64,000 nucleotides of DNA, taken from assembly GCA_047602125.1 (NCBI GenBank), contig JASGIB010000001.1, positions 911,284 to 975,283 on the forward strand. The letters are read 5' to 3'. The notes beneath the pieces were generated by a model. The model did not search any database and was not told the DNA's origin. It saw only the letters and a program-made list of their open reading frames with translations. The position numbers and the translations under genes were made by a program. This document shows positions 46,564 through 58,020 of this stretch, piece by piece (the stretch's first letter is position 1; the number at the start of each line of letters is the position of its first letter). Source of the DNA: Thermomonas sp. Lineage in GTDB: Bacteria; Pseudomonadota; Gammaproteobacteria; Xanthomonadales; Xanthomonadaceae.

Positions 46564-46976
46564 GGTTCGACGCGCTCGTAGCGGCCGAGCTCGGCGCCGG
46601 CGCGGAACGCATCCATGTCCCACGGCCACGATGGCACCAGCGCGCCTTCGTCGCTGCGCAGGGACATGCGCTCGAACTTGGTTTCCGGCATCTGCGGCGG
46701 GAACCCCATGTCCTCGACCACGAGCGTGATGCCGTTCGCGCCCGGTTCCCAGCGCCCCCGCGCACCGAGGTCGAGCGCGCCGTAGCTGAAATACCATTCG
46801 AAGCCGCAATCCGCGCGCAGCAGCAGCCCGGAACCGGTTTCCATCACGCCGTCGAGCCGGTATTCGCCCGCCAGCGCGGCCGGGCATGCCGCCGTCGCGG
46901 GTTTCGGCGTCTCCGCGAACGCAGGCAACGCGAGGCACGCGAGAAAGATCGCCGGCAGGATCGCGCGCAGGTTCAT
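46560..46976 (-). CDS. Hypothetical exported protein (138 aa)
   Basis: Signal peptide [21 protein letters not shown]; start and stop overlap nrdR and ribD by 4 nt each. Confidence 0.7.
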   Translation of the reverse strand: MNLRAILPAIFLACLALPAFAETPKPATAACPAALAGEYRLDGVMETGSGLLLRADCGFEWYFSYGALDLGARGRWEPGANGITLVVEDMGFPPQMPETKFERMSLRSDEGALVPSWPWDMDAFRAGAELGRYERVEP

Positions 46977-47494
46977 CGCTTGCGGTTCTTGTCGATCGGC
47001 ACCACGTCCGCGCCGAGCAGCGGCAACTGGCCCTCGCCGGGCAGGTCGCGCTCGAGCATCTCGATTTCCTCGCGGAAATCGGCGACGTCCTCGAACGCGC
47101 GATACACCGAGGCGAAGCGCACATAGCCGACATGGTCGAGCTTGCGCATCTCCGCCATCACGAAATCGCCGATCCGGCGCGACGGCAGTTCGCGCTCGCC
47201 GCTCATCCGCACCTGGTGCACGACCAGGCGGATCGCGGCTTCCAGCTGTTCCTCGGACACCGGGCGCTTGTGCAGCGCGCGCTCCATGCTCAGGCGCAGC
47301 TTGCGCGTGTCGAAGTTCTCGCGCCGGCCGTCGCCCTTGATGATCGCCGGCAGCTTGAGCTCGACCGTTTCCAGCGTCGAGAAACGCTCGCCGCAGGCTT
47401 CGCATTCGCGGCGGCGGCGGATCGTCGCGCCGTCTTCCGACGCGCGCGAGTCGATGACCTTCGTATCTACGTGCTGGCAGAAGGGGCAATGCAT
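46973..47494 (-). CDS. nrdR: Transcriptional repressor NrdR
   Basis: MHCPFC...RRRRECEAC zinc ribbon, ATP cone, YVRFASVY. Confidence 0.98.
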   Translation of the reverse strand: MHCPFCQHVDTKVIDSRASEDGATIRRRRECEACGERFSTLETVELKLPAIIKGDGRRENFDTRKLRLSMERALHKRPVSEEQLEAAIRLVVHQVRMSGERELPSRRIGDFVMAEMRKLDHVGYVRFASVYRAFEDVADFREEIEMLERDLPGEGQLPLLGADVVPIDKNRKR

Positions 47495-47497
47495 TTC

Positions 47498-47566
47498 GTA
47501 GGGTGGGCTTCAGCCCACCATGGCTCCATCAGGGTTTTCGTTGTGGTGGGCCAAGGCTCACCCTAC
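47498..47566. repeat. GTAG-type REP inverted doublet between glyA and nrdR
   Basis: 23-nt arms gtagggtgggcttcagcccacca (47498-47520) and 47544-47566 (revcomp gtagggtgagccttggcccacca). Confidence 0.88.
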
Positions 47567-47570
47567 GGCG

Positions 47571-48839
47571 TCAACCATAAACCGGAAACTGCTTGCACTG
47601 CTTGGTCACGTTCTCGCGCACGCCGGCGATGACGTTTTCATCATTCGGCGCATCGAGCACGTCGCAGATCCAGTTCGCCAGCGCCACGCAATCGGCTTCC
47701 TTGTAGCCGCGGGTGGTGACCGCGGGCGTGCCGATGCGCAGGCCGCTGGTGACGAAGGGCTTGCGCGGATCGTTCGGCACCGCGTTCTTGTTCACGGTGA
47801 TGTGCGCCTTGCCCAGCGCTTCCTCCGCGTCCTTGCCCGACACCGGCTTGCCGATCATGTCGACCAGCATCAAATGGTTCTGCGTCCCGCCGGAGACGAT
47901 CTTGTAGCCGCGCGCGATGATCGCGTTCGCCATCGCCTGCGCGTTCCTGACCACCTGCCGCTGGTAAGCCTTGAACTCCGGCTGCAACGCTTCCTTGAAC
48001 GCCACCGCCTTCGCCGCGATCACGTGCATCAGCGGACCGCCCTGGATGCCGGGGAACACGATGCTCTGCAGCTTCTTGCAGATGTCGTCGAACTGTTCGC
48101 CCGCGCCTTCCTTGCTGGCGACGATGATGCCGCCGCGCGGGCCGCGCAGGGTCTTGTGCGTGGTCGAGGTGACGACGTGCGCGTGCGGCACCGGGTTCGG
48201 GTATTCGCCCGCGGCGACGAGGCCGGCGACGTGCGCCATGTCGACGAACAGGTAGGCGCCGACCTTGTCGGCGATGGCGCGGAAGCGCGCCCAGTCGACG
48301 ACCTGCGAATACGCGGAGAACCCGGCGACGACCATCTTCGGCTTGTGTTCCAGCGCAAGGCGCTCGACTGCGTCGTAGTCGATCAGGCCGGCATCGTCCA
48401 CGCCGTACTGCGCGGCGTCGAACAGCTTGCCGCTGGCGTTCACCTTGGCGCCGTGGGTGAGGTGGCCGCCGTGCGCTAGCGACATGCCGAGGATCTTGTC
48501 GCCTGGCTCCAGCAGCGCGAAGTACACCGCCTGGTTGGCCTGCGAACCGGAGTGCGGCTGCACGTTCGCGTAGTCCGCGCCGAACAGCTGCCTGCAGCGG
48601 TCGATCGCGAGTTGCTCGGCGATGTCGACGAATTCGCAACCGCCGTAGTAGCGCTTGCCTGGGTAGCCTTCCGCGTACTTGTTGGTGAGTTGCGATCCCT
48701 GCACCTCCATCACCCGCGGGCTGGCGTAGTTCTCCGACGCGATCAGCTCGACGTGGTCTTCCTGGCGGCGGTTCTCGCCGGCGATGGCCGCCGCGAGTTC
48801 GGGGTCGAAGCCTGCGATCAGGTCGGCGCGGGAGTACAT
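47571..48839 (-). CDS. glyA: Serine hydroxymethyltransferase
   Basis: [31 protein letters not shown] (PLP Lys). Confidence 0.99.
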   Translation of the reverse strand: MYSRADLIAGFDPELAAAIAGENRRQEDHVELIASENYASPRVMEVQGSQLTNKYAEGYPGKRYYGGCEFVDIAEQLAIDRCRQLFGADYANVQPHSGSQANQAVYFALLEPGDKILGMSLAHGGHLTHGAKVNASGKLFDAAQYGVDDAGLIDYDAVERLALEHKPKMVVAGFSAYSQVVDWARFRAIADKVGAYLFVDMAHVAGLVAAGEYPNPVPHAHVVTSTTHKTLRGPRGGIIVASKEGAGEQFDDICKKLQSIVFPGIQGGPLMHVIAAKAVAFKEALQPEFKAYQRQVVRNAQAMANAIIARGYKIVSGGTQNHLMLVDMIGKPVSGKDAEEALGKAHITVNKNAVPNDPRKPFVTSGLRIGTPAVTTRGYKEADCVALANWICDVLDAPNDENVIAGVRENVTKQCKQFPVYG

Positions 48840-48985
48840 GCGTGCGGTTCCGGGCGGCGTGGGCCCCCAAGTTTAGCGTTTAGGCCCCTGCCCCGGGCCG
48901 CCGAAGCTATAATTCGCCCCATTCCCGTAACCCTTTCGCGGCCCTGCCCGGCGCAGGCGCCGCCGTGCGCCTCGACGGAGCCCCG

Positions 48986-50644
<1,659 letters not shown>

Positions 50645-50649
50645 CGACG

Positions 50650-50675
50650 AAACGCCCACGGCAACGTGGGCGTTT
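50650..50675 (+). terminator. Stem-loop after ettA, possible terminator
   Basis: 11-bp stem aaacgcccacg/cgtgggcgttt with a GCAA loop. Confidence 0.6.
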
Positions 50676-50700
50676 CCGCATACGGGAGTAGGATTCGCGC

Positions 50701-51516
50701 ATGACCTTCATCGAAAGACTCCGCAACCGCTGGCAGGCCGCGAACTCACTGGTCTGCGTCGGCCTCGATCCCGATCCGGCGAAGTTCCCCGACGCCTTCG
50801 TCGACGACGAGGACGCATTGTTCGCATTCTGCCGCGACATCGCCGATGCCACCGCCGAGTTCGCCTGCGCGTTCAAGCCGCAGATCGCCTACTTCGCCGC
50901 GCGCAACGACGGCGAAGCCGCGCTACAGCGGCTGGTCGCGCACATCAACGGGACGCATCCGGAAATCCCGGTGATCCTCGACGCCAAGCGCGGCGATATC
51001 GGCAGCACCGCCGAACAGTACGCGACCGAGGCCTTCGAGCGCTTCGGCGCCGACGCGGTGACGCTGAACCCGTACATGGGCCGCGATTCGGCCGCGCCGT
51101 TCCTGCAATACAACGACCGCGGCTGCGTGTTCCTGTGCCACACCTCCAATCCCGGCGCGCGCGATTTCCAGGAACTCGACGTCGGCGGCGAGCCGCTCTA
51201 CCAGCGCATCGCCCGCACCATCGCCGGCGAATGGAACGCGGGCGGCAATTGCGCGTTGGTCGTCGGCGCCACGTTCCCCGAAGAGTTGAAAACGATCCGC
51301 GGCATCGTCGGCGACATGCCGCTGCTGATCCCCGGCGTCGGCGCGCAGGGCGGCGACGTGGAGGCCGTGGTGCGCAACGGCAAGGCCGCCGACGGCACCG
51401 GGCTGGTGATCAATTCCTCGCGCGGGATCCTGTACGCCTCGAATGGCGCGGATTACGCCGACGCCGCCGCGAACGCAGCGAAATCGCTGCGCGACGAAAT
51501 CAACCGCTACCGCTGA
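50701..51516 (+). CDS. pyrF: Orotidine-5'-phosphate decarboxylase (long form)
   Basis: CVGLDP, FKPQIAYF, DAKRGDIGST, LIPGVGAQGG, NSSRGI. Confidence 0.96.
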   Translation: MTFIERLRNRWQAANSLVCVGLDPDPAKFPDAFVDDEDALFAFCRDIADATAEFACAFKPQIAYFAARNDGEAALQRLVAHINGTHPEIPVILDAKRGDIGSTAEQYATEAFERFGADAVTLNPYMGRDSAAPFLQYNDRGCVFLCHTSNPGARDFQELDVGGEPLYQRIARTIAGEWNAGGNCALVVGATFPEELKTIRGIVGDMPLLIPGVGAQGGDVEAVVRNGKAADGTGLVINSSRGILYASNGADYADAAANAAKSLRDEINRYR

Positions 51517-52343
51517 CGCGACGCCGCGCGCAACGCCGCGAACGGGAACCTGCCCCAGATCATCGCGAACACGCCGATGCGCGTGGCGATGCCGCGCCGC
51601 GGCGCTTCGAACTTCGAGAACCAGCGCCACAGGCCGCGGTGCTTGTGCCATTCCACGAACAGCGGGCGCGAACGCGAGGACACGCCGCGCACGTGCACGA
51701 CCGGCACGTCGTTGGCGCAGGCCACCACGCCGCCGGCATCACGCACGCGCCGGCACAGGTCGAGGTCCTCGGCGTGCAGGCGATAGCCTTCGTCGAAACC
51801 GCCGACGCGCTGGAACAACGCGCGCGGCAACAGCATCAGAGCGCCGGAGACGTTCTCGACCGCTTGAACCGCCTGCGACGCATCCATCGCAATGCCGAGT
51901 TTCGCGCGCGAAGGATCGCGCAGGATCGCCGCGAAATCCGGGTCGCGGCGGCGCGCGGCGGCATCGCGCACGCCGTCCTCGCCGACCAGGTCGGCGCCGA
52001 GCAGCGCATCGCCGATCGAGGCCGCATGGTCGCGCAGGCGCGAGAGCGAATCGGCCGCGACGAAGCAATCCGGGTTCACGAACGCCAGCCACGGCGATTG
52101 CGAACCGGCCGCGCCCTGGTTGCAGGCCACGGCAAAGCCGGGATTGTCCGGGTTGGCGATGAAACGGACGCGCGGATCGGCGAGCGCCTGCCGCTGCACG
52201 AAATCGAGCGTGCCGTCGGTCGAAGCGTTGTCGACCACGCGGATTTCGGCGACGCCGTCCGCCGCGCGCAGGCGCGACAGGCATTCGCCGATGGTTTCGG
52301 CGCTCTGGTGCGCGACCACGACCGCGACGATGCCGGCATTCAT
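51507..52343 (-). CDS. Family 2 glycosyltransferase
   Basis: VVDNASTDG, NPGFAVACNQG, FVNPD, GGFDEGY.LHAED.D. Confidence 0.92.
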   Translation of the reverse strand: MNAGIVAVVVAHQSAETIGECLSRLRAADGVAEIRVVDNASTDGTLDFVQRQALADPRVRFIANPDNPGFAVACNQGAAGSQSPWLAFVNPDCFVAADSLSRLRDHAASIGDALLGADLVGEDGVRDAAARRRDPDFAAILRDPSRAKLGIAMDASQAVQAVENVSGALMLLPRALFQRVGGFDEGYRLHAEDLDLCRRVRDAGGVVACANDVPVVHVRGVSSRSRPLFVEWHKHRGLWRWFSKFEAPRRGIATRIGVFAMIWGRFPFAALRAASRQR

Positions 52344-52347
52344 GCCC

Positions 52348-53223
52348 TCACCCGCCTTCCGCACCCTCTCCCACAAGCGGAAGAGGGAAGAGTTGTTGCT
52401 GCGGCGCGTCGCCGTCCTGCGCCTGCAGGCGCCGCCCGAGTTCGTCGCGCAGTTCGCGCAAGGGATCGTGCATCAGGAAGCCGGCGATGCGTGCGTTCCA
52501 GTCCGGCCAGCGCACCGCCAGCGCGTCCATGTCGCCTTCGGCCGGCGCGCCTTCGCGCAGGCGCGCGACGTAGGCGGTTTCGCACAGCGCGTTGCGCCAG
52601 CCGAGCCCGGACATGCGCAGCGACAGGTCGGTGAGCGCGGCATACCAGGAAGCGTAGCTCGCGGCATCGAGCCCGCCCGCCTTCGCGCGCGCGCTGCCAC
52701 GCAGCAGCACGGCGTGTTCCACCGCGGCGGGCAGTTCCGGATGCGTCGGCGGCATCGTCGCGGCGGCGCGCGCAATCGACGCAGCATCGTCGGGCGCCGG
52801 CTGCGGGTCGACGCGCGGCCAGCCGGCCGATTCCCCGGCGTTGCACCACGGCGTGGCGCTGGCGATGGAGGCATCGCGGGCGAAACATGCGACGAGCTGC
52901 GACAGCCACCCCGGCGCGGGAACCGCATCGCCGGCGAGCACGGCGACATCGGCATCGCCGCAGGCGCGCAGGGCTTCGTCCAGGTGCTGGACCTCGCCCG
53001 CCATGCGCGCGCGCCGTGTGTAGTCCGCCTGCAGCGGCGTACTTCGCAGCCAGCGTTGCACGATCTCGACGCCGCGCGGGCCCGCCTGTGCGTCGTCGAT
53101 CAGCCAGACCCGCGTTCCGCGCGGTGTCGCCGCGTCGAGCGCGGCGAGGCAGGCATCCAGCGCCGCGTCGTCCACGCCGACCGGCATCAGCACAACCGGC
53201 AGCGAACCACCGCCGCCCGTCAT
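52348..53223 (-). CDS. Family 2 glycosyltransferase-like protein
   Basis: VVLMPV, WLIDDA, GDAVPAPGWL, ASATPWCN, DLSLR..GLGWRN. Confidence 0.75.
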   Translation of the reverse strand: MTGGGGSLPVVLMPVGVDDAALDACLAALDAATPRGTRVWLIDDAQAGPRGVEIVQRWLRSTPLQADYTRRARMAGEVQHLDEALRACGDADVAVLAGDAVPAPGWLSQLVACFARDASIASATPWCNAGESAGWPRVDPQPAPDDAASIARAAATMPPTHPELPAAVEHAVLLRGSARAKAGGLDAASYASWYAALTDLSLRMSGLGWRNALCETAYVARLREGAPAEGDMDALAVRWPDWNARIAGFLMHDPLRELRDELGRRLQAQDGDAPQQQLFPLPLVGEGAEGG

Positions 53224-53227
53224 GCGC

Positions 53228-55465
53228 TCACTTCCGGTTGGAAGGCGGCTGCTGCAACGGCTCCATCGCGCGGAAGCGGCGGCTGTATTCGTCGGTCAGG
53301 TCGGCCGCTTCCTGCGCATCGCGCACGATCGTGGGCGTGATCAGGATGATGGTTTCGGTGCGGCTCTTGTTGCTCTTCTGCGTGCCGAACAAGCCACCGA
53401 TCACCGGGATGCGGCTCAGGCCCGGGATTCCGCTGGAGCCTCGCTCGACCTGGTCGTCGATCAGGCCGGCGAGCATCACGGTCTGCCCGCTCTGCACTGC
53501 CGCCTCGGTCTTGAGCTTGCTGACGTTGATGCGCGGATTGCACGCGGTGCTCTGGCAGTTGCTCGCGACGCTTTCTGCGGAACTGACTTCCTGCACGATG
53601 TCCAGGAAGACCATGCCGTCCTTGGTCACGCGCGGGCGCACCTTGAGGATCTTGCCGGTCTGCAGGTACTGGACCTGGCTGATGGTGCCAGTCGTGTTCG
53701 TGTCGGTATTGAAGGTCGTCGACTGGATCGGAATGTTGGTGCCGACATTCAAATCGGCTTCGCTGTTGTTGCGCACGAAGACCGAAGGCGTCGACAGGAT
53801 ATGCACGTCGGTCACCTTGTCGAGCGCACTGATGACGGCCACGGCGCTGCCGCTGAAGATCGTGTAGTTCGCGCCTCCGTCGGTTGCCGCGCGCAGGCCC
53901 GCGATCGGCGCTGTCGATCCCGTGGGCAGATTGAGGCCGCCACCGAAGGCATTGTTGAAATACCAGTTCACGCCGTAATTGAGGTCGCCGCTGAGCTGGA
54001 CCTGCGCGATCTGCGCCTCGATGTGCACCTGCATCGGCATCACGTCGAGGCGGTCGATGACCTCGCGGATCGATTTCCACGCCTGTGGCGTGGAACGCAC
54101 CAGCAGGCTGTTGGTCTCGTCCACCGCGGACACGCCCACCTTGTCGCCCTGCACCTGCAGCGTCACCGAACCGTTGCCGTTGCCGCGCTGGTCCAGCGAC
54201 AGCGAACCCGATCCCAGCCCGCCGGAACCGCTGGAATCGCCGCCCATGCCGCTGCTGCTTCCGCCCATGTCGGGGGTGCCGGAGTCGCGGCTGTCGTCGC
54301 CGAGCCCGGTATCGCCGATCTGGGTCGGCTGGGTGCCGGGCATCAGGCTCGGCGTGCCGTTGGTGTCGCCGCCCTGCCCACCGGACCCGCCGAACACTTC
54401 CGACAGGCGCTGCGCGAGGTCCTTGGCGCGGATGTACTTGAGTTCGTAGGAATACAGGCGCACGCCGCCGCCGGCGCTGTCGATGCGGTCCAGCCATTGC
54501 TGGATCTGGTCGAGGTAGGCCGGCTGCGGGGTGATCACCAGCACCGCGTTCGCGCCTTCCAGCGGCATGAAGCGGAACATGCCCGCGACCGGCGACTTGC
54601 CCTGTTCGCCGAACACCTTCTCCAGGTCGGAAACCACGTCGGCGGCCTTGCCCGATTGCAGCGGGAACACGCCGACCGACATCGACGACATCCAGTCGAC
54701 GTCGAAGATCTGCACCGTGCGGAGGTAGTTCTCGAGTTCGGTATTGGTGCCGGCGAGTGTGATGACGTTGCGGCCCGGGTCGACGCTGACGATGGCGTTC
54801 GGCCGCGCATAGGGCTTGAGCAGCTTTTCCATCTCCGTCGCGGAGATGTAGCGCAGCGGCACCGCGCGCACCTCGAAGCCGCGGGTCATGGTCGGCGCGC
54901 CGGTGCGCGGCGCGACCGTGCCGGCCAGCGCCTGGTCGTTCGGCACGATGTTGTAGATGCCGTTGGTGTAGACCATGCGCGCGTTGTTCCAGCTCAGCAC
55001 TTGCTCGAGCAGGGTGAACGCGGCGGCGGGACTGACCTTCTGCACGTTCAGCGTGACCGTCCCGGACACGCCGGGCGCGATGGTGAAGTTCTGCCCGAGC
55101 ATGTCGCCGAGGATCGCCTTCACCACGACCTGCAGCGATTCGCCCTCGAAGTTGAACGCCGCGGCGCCGGTGGAAGCGGCGAAACCCGGCGGCGGCGCGT
55201 TCGCCGCGTCGGTGTTGATGGTGCGGCCGGTGCCGCGATGGATCACCGCGCGCGGGCCGACGTCCTGTTCCGGGATGGGTTCCGCGCCGTTGACGATGCC
55301 GCCGTCGGCGGTCGTGGTCGCGGCGGATGCGCTGCCCACGCCAGCGGCCGAGGCGCCCGGCGCACCGTTGCGCTGCACGATCGGCGGCGGCATGGATGCG
55401 CAGGCCGCGAGCAGGGCCAGGAGGCAAGCCGCGAGGGCCGTGGCGAAAGGCTGGCGAAGTTTCAT
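53228..55465 (-). CDS. gspD: Type II secretion secretin (lipoprotein, XpsD-type)
   Basis: Lipobox LAAC; N0-N3 repeats, QVHIEAQI, secretin C-terminus IPGLSRIPVIGGLFG. Confidence 0.95.
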   Translation of the reverse strand: MKLRQPFATALAACLLALLAACASMPPPIVQRNGAPGASAAGVGSASAATTTADGGIVNGAEPIPEQDVGPRAVIHRGTGRTINTDAANAPPPGFAASTGAAAFNFEGESLQVVVKAILGDMLGQNFTIAPGVSGTVTLNVQKVSPAAAFTLLEQVLSWNNARMVYTNGIYNIVPNDQALAGTVAPRTGAPTMTRGFEVRAVPLRYISATEMEKLLKPYARPNAIVSVDPGRNVITLAGTNTELENYLRTVQIFDVDWMSSMSVGVFPLQSGKAADVVSDLEKVFGEQGKSPVAGMFRFMPLEGANAVLVITPQPAYLDQIQQWLDRIDSAGGGVRLYSYELKYIRAKDLAQRLSEVFGGSGGQGGDTNGTPSLMPGTQPTQIGDTGLGDDSRDSGTPDMGGSSSGMGGDSSGSGGLGSGSLSLDQRGNGNGSVTLQVQGDKVGVSAVDETNSLLVRSTPQAWKSIREVIDRLDVMPMQVHIEAQIAQVQLSGDLNYGVNWYFNNAFGGGLNLPTGSTAPIAGLRAATDGGANYTIFSGSAVAVISALDKVTDVHILSTPSVFVRNNSEADLNVGTNIPIQSTTFNTDTNTTGTISQVQYLQTGKILKVRPRVTKDGMVFLDIVQEVSSAESVASNCQSTACNPRINVSKLKTEAAVQSGQTVMLAGLIDDQVERGSSGIPGLSRIPVIGGLFGTQKSNKSRTETIILITPTIVRDAQEAADLTDEYSRRFRAMEPLQQPPSNRK

Positions 55466-55474
55466 TGCGTCACT

Positions 55475-56257
55475 CTACGGGTTATCGGTTTTGCCCGCCG
55501 GGTCAGCGGTCTGGCGGGCCTGCTGCGCGCGCAACTGCGCGCGCCGCTGCTCAATGCGCTTGCGCAGCTCTTCCATCTGCTGTTCGGTGTTGTCCGGCGG
55601 CGGCACGGGCACCGCGGAAGCGTCCGCCTTCTGCATGCCCTGCCCGCTGGCGATTCCCGCGCCCGGCGCGCGCTGCACGGCGCCGGTGCTAGGCGGCGGC
55701 TGCAGGGGTTGGTTGGCCTGCGCGTCGGTGGCGGCGTCGGGCGTGGGCGGTTCGCCGCCGGTGCCATCGAACACGCGCAGTTCCAGCGTCTTCTGGCCGC
55801 CGGGGCCTTCGAACACCGCGCTGCGCGGATTGAGCGCGACCAGCCGCCAGGCCGGCGCATCCTTGACGCTGTCGCCCAGCTTGACCCGCAGCGAGTCGCC
55901 GCCGTCCGTGGGTTCGATCATAGCCAGCTTCACCTGCGGCACCAGCAGCACGCCGCTCAGGGCGTAATCGAAATCGTTGGAGTTGTCTTCGTCATCGCCG
56001 CCGAGCGAGAACGGCTGCAGGCGGCGATCCTGCGAGAACAGCGGGCGCGCCGAGATTTCCGCGTATTGCCCGAACGGCCCGAGCCGTTCAGGCGGCGCCT
56101 TGTTCGGCTTGGGCAACGACTGCAGCAACGACGGATCGTCGTGCAGCGGCGTCACCCGCCCGCCCATGCCGGCGAGCGCGAGCACCCAGGCGACCAGCGC
56201 CCAACCGGCGACGGCGCCGAGCAGCCAGGTACGCGGGCTGACGTCTTCAAGGCGCAC
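55475..56257 (-). CDS. gspN: T2SS XpsN (GspC-analogous) protein
   Basis: N-terminal TM; RPLFSQDRR; position between gspM and gspD in Xps-type operons. Confidence 0.75.
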   Translation of the reverse strand: MRLEDVSPRTWLLGAVAGWALVAWVLALAGMGGRVTPLHDDPSLLQSLPKPNKAPPERLGPFGQYAEISARPLFSQDRRLQPFSLGGDDEDNSNDFDYALSGVLLVPQVKLAMIEPTDGGDSLRVKLGDSVKDAPAWRLVALNPRSAVFEGPGGQKTLELRVFDGTGGEPPTPDAATDAQANQPLQPPPSTGAVQRAPGAGIASGQGMQKADASAVPVPPPDNTEQQMEELRKRIEQRRAQLRAQQARQTADPAGKTDNP

Positions 56258-56888
56258 TGTCGTTCGCTCCCGTCTTCGGCACCGCCTTCTGCTGCCCCGG
56301 CGGCGGGCGCAGGTAGCCGTACAGGTCGAAGCTCACGTCGAGGCCGCCGCTCTGGTTGCCGCCCTGCCCCGGCGCGAAGAAATAGCGCTGCGCGAGGATG
56401 TTGAGGTTGTCGACGAACAGCCGCGGCGTGCCGCTTTCCAGTTCGTGCAGCACCGCGGCCATTTCGCCGGCGCCGCAACGCAGGCGCACCTGCACGGTGA
56501 CGCGCGGGAACCGGCCCGGATGCGCGTCGTCGATCGGAGACCGGTTGGTGATCGCGCAACTGCGGTTGCCCGGGCTCGCCTGCGCGACCACGGTCTGCAG
56601 CCGCTGCACCAGACCGGCGGTGGCGAGTTCGGCGGTGCTTTCGGGCAGGAAACCCGGGACATGCGCCTGTTCGGCCTGGGCCTCGGCCAGCGCGCGCGCG
56701 ATTTGCGGCGCCTGCTTCAGCTGCATGCGCGCGCGCAGTTCGCGTTCGCGCAGGTCGTGGATGCGGTCGTTCTCCGCCAGCATCGGCGCGGTCCACCACG
56801 GATGCACCAGCACGAAATAGGCGAGCACCACCGCGCCCAGCAGCAGGCCCAGCGCCAGCCAGCGATCGCGCTCAGCGACCGTTCGCAT
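56247..56888 (-). CDS. gspM: T2SS protein GspM
   Basis: TM then coiled coil, LHELESGTPRLFVDNL; GGAGG RBS before ATG 56888. Confidence 0.88.
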   Translation of the reverse strand: MRTVAERDRWLALGLLLGAVVLAYFVLVHPWWTAPMLAENDRIHDLRERELRARMQLKQAPQIARALAEAQAEQAHVPGFLPESTAELATAGLVQRLQTVVAQASPGNRSCAITNRSPIDDAHPGRFPRVTVQVRLRCGAGEMAAVLHELESGTPRLFVDNLNILAQRYFFAPGQGGNQSGGLDVSFDLYGYLRPPPGQQKAVPKTGANDSAP

Positions 56889-58020
56889 CGTCGCCTCCGT
56901 TCGCATTCGCATCCTCGGCGTCGGGACCGGTATCGACCAGCACGGCGATCAGGGTGAATCGGTCGCGGTGCGTGCGCGGATCGGGCACCAGAGCACCCGT
57001 CAGCGCCGGCGCGCGCCAGAGCTTGCTGCCCTCGAGCTTGCCGATCAGCGCGGAAGCCTCGGTGCTCAGGCCGATCAGGGTCATGCGATCGCCTTCCAGC
57101 GCGAATTTCTCGAGGTAGGTGTCGTCGGGCAGGCGCCGGCTGAGTTCGTCCAGCACTTCCACCGTGGTCGCGCGGCCGCTGCGGCTCTGGTCGAGGAAGG
57201 CCTGTCCCTGCACCAGGTCGACCAGGCGCTGGCGCTGCAGCGAGACCTTGCGCGCGGCCTCGGCCTGGCGGCCGGCGACGGCGGCGAAGGCATCGGCCGC
57301 GGCGCGGCGGTTGTCGAGCATCTGCCACATCGCGGCGGCGAGCGCGAGCACGGCGACGCCGGCGAGCGCGAGGTTCCACGCGCGCCACGGATCGGGCGGC
57401 GCGAAGCGCGCGGATGGCGGCAGCAGGTTCACGCCCAGGGGTTGGCCGTTCGCATCCGCGACGTCCGCGCCGGCGAGCCGTTGCGCCTGCGCACCGAGCG
57501 CATTGCGCTGCGCGTCCAGCACCGCGCGCGGCACCACCACCAGTTCGACGTCGAGCTGGCCGTCGCCGTCGCGGCGCGACAGCAGGCGCGCGTCGTAGGC
57601 GGCGTCTTCGGCCGCGAACGGCGTCTGCCGGTCGATTTCGAAACCGACCACGTCGCGCAGCCGTTCGGCCGCGGCGGCGGGCAACACCAGCCTGCGGCGC
57701 AGGCATGCGCCCGCGGGCAGCAACAGCCAGCGCGGCAATTCCGCCATCGATGGCGACATCACCGCGGCGAGTACGTCGTTGCCGTCGACCTCGAGTTCGG
57801 CCGGCGGCGGCATGTGGCCGAGGTCGCGCAGGCCGTCGCCGTCCTGCAGGCGCAGGCGCAGGCCGTCGCCTTCGGCGCCGAGCAGCAGCCGGCCGCGGTC
57901 GAAGCCCAGCGCCGACCGCCAGGAACGCGGCAGCCACGCCGCGAGGCTGCGTCCCCACCAGGAGAAAAAGCCGCCCGCGCGCAGGCTCTGCACGCCGAGG
58001 CGTTCGCGTAGGGCGGTCAT
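56872..58020 (-). CDS. gspL: T2SS protein GspL (PilN-domain)
   Basis: FFSWW...LAAWLP, FEIDRQTPF, GVNLLP, LDELSRRLPDDT. Confidence 0.9.
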   Translation of the reverse strand: MTALRERLGVQSLRAGGFFSWWGRSLAAWLPRSWRSALGFDRGRLLLGAEGDGLRLRLQDGDGLRDLGHMPPPAELEVDGNDVLAAVMSPSMAELPRWLLLPAGACLRRRLVLPAAAAERLRDVVGFEIDRQTPFAAEDAAYDARLLSRRDGDGQLDVELVVVPRAVLDAQRNALGAQAQRLAGADVADANGQPLGVNLLPPSARFAPPDPWRAWNLALAGVAVLALAAAMWQMLDNRRAAADAFAAVAGRQAEAARKVSLQRQRLVDLVQGQAFLDQSRSGRATTVEVLDELSRRLPDDTYLEKFALEGDRMTLIGLSTEASALIGKLEGSKLWRAPALTGALVPDPRTHRDRFTLIAVLVDTGPDAEDANANGGDDANGR

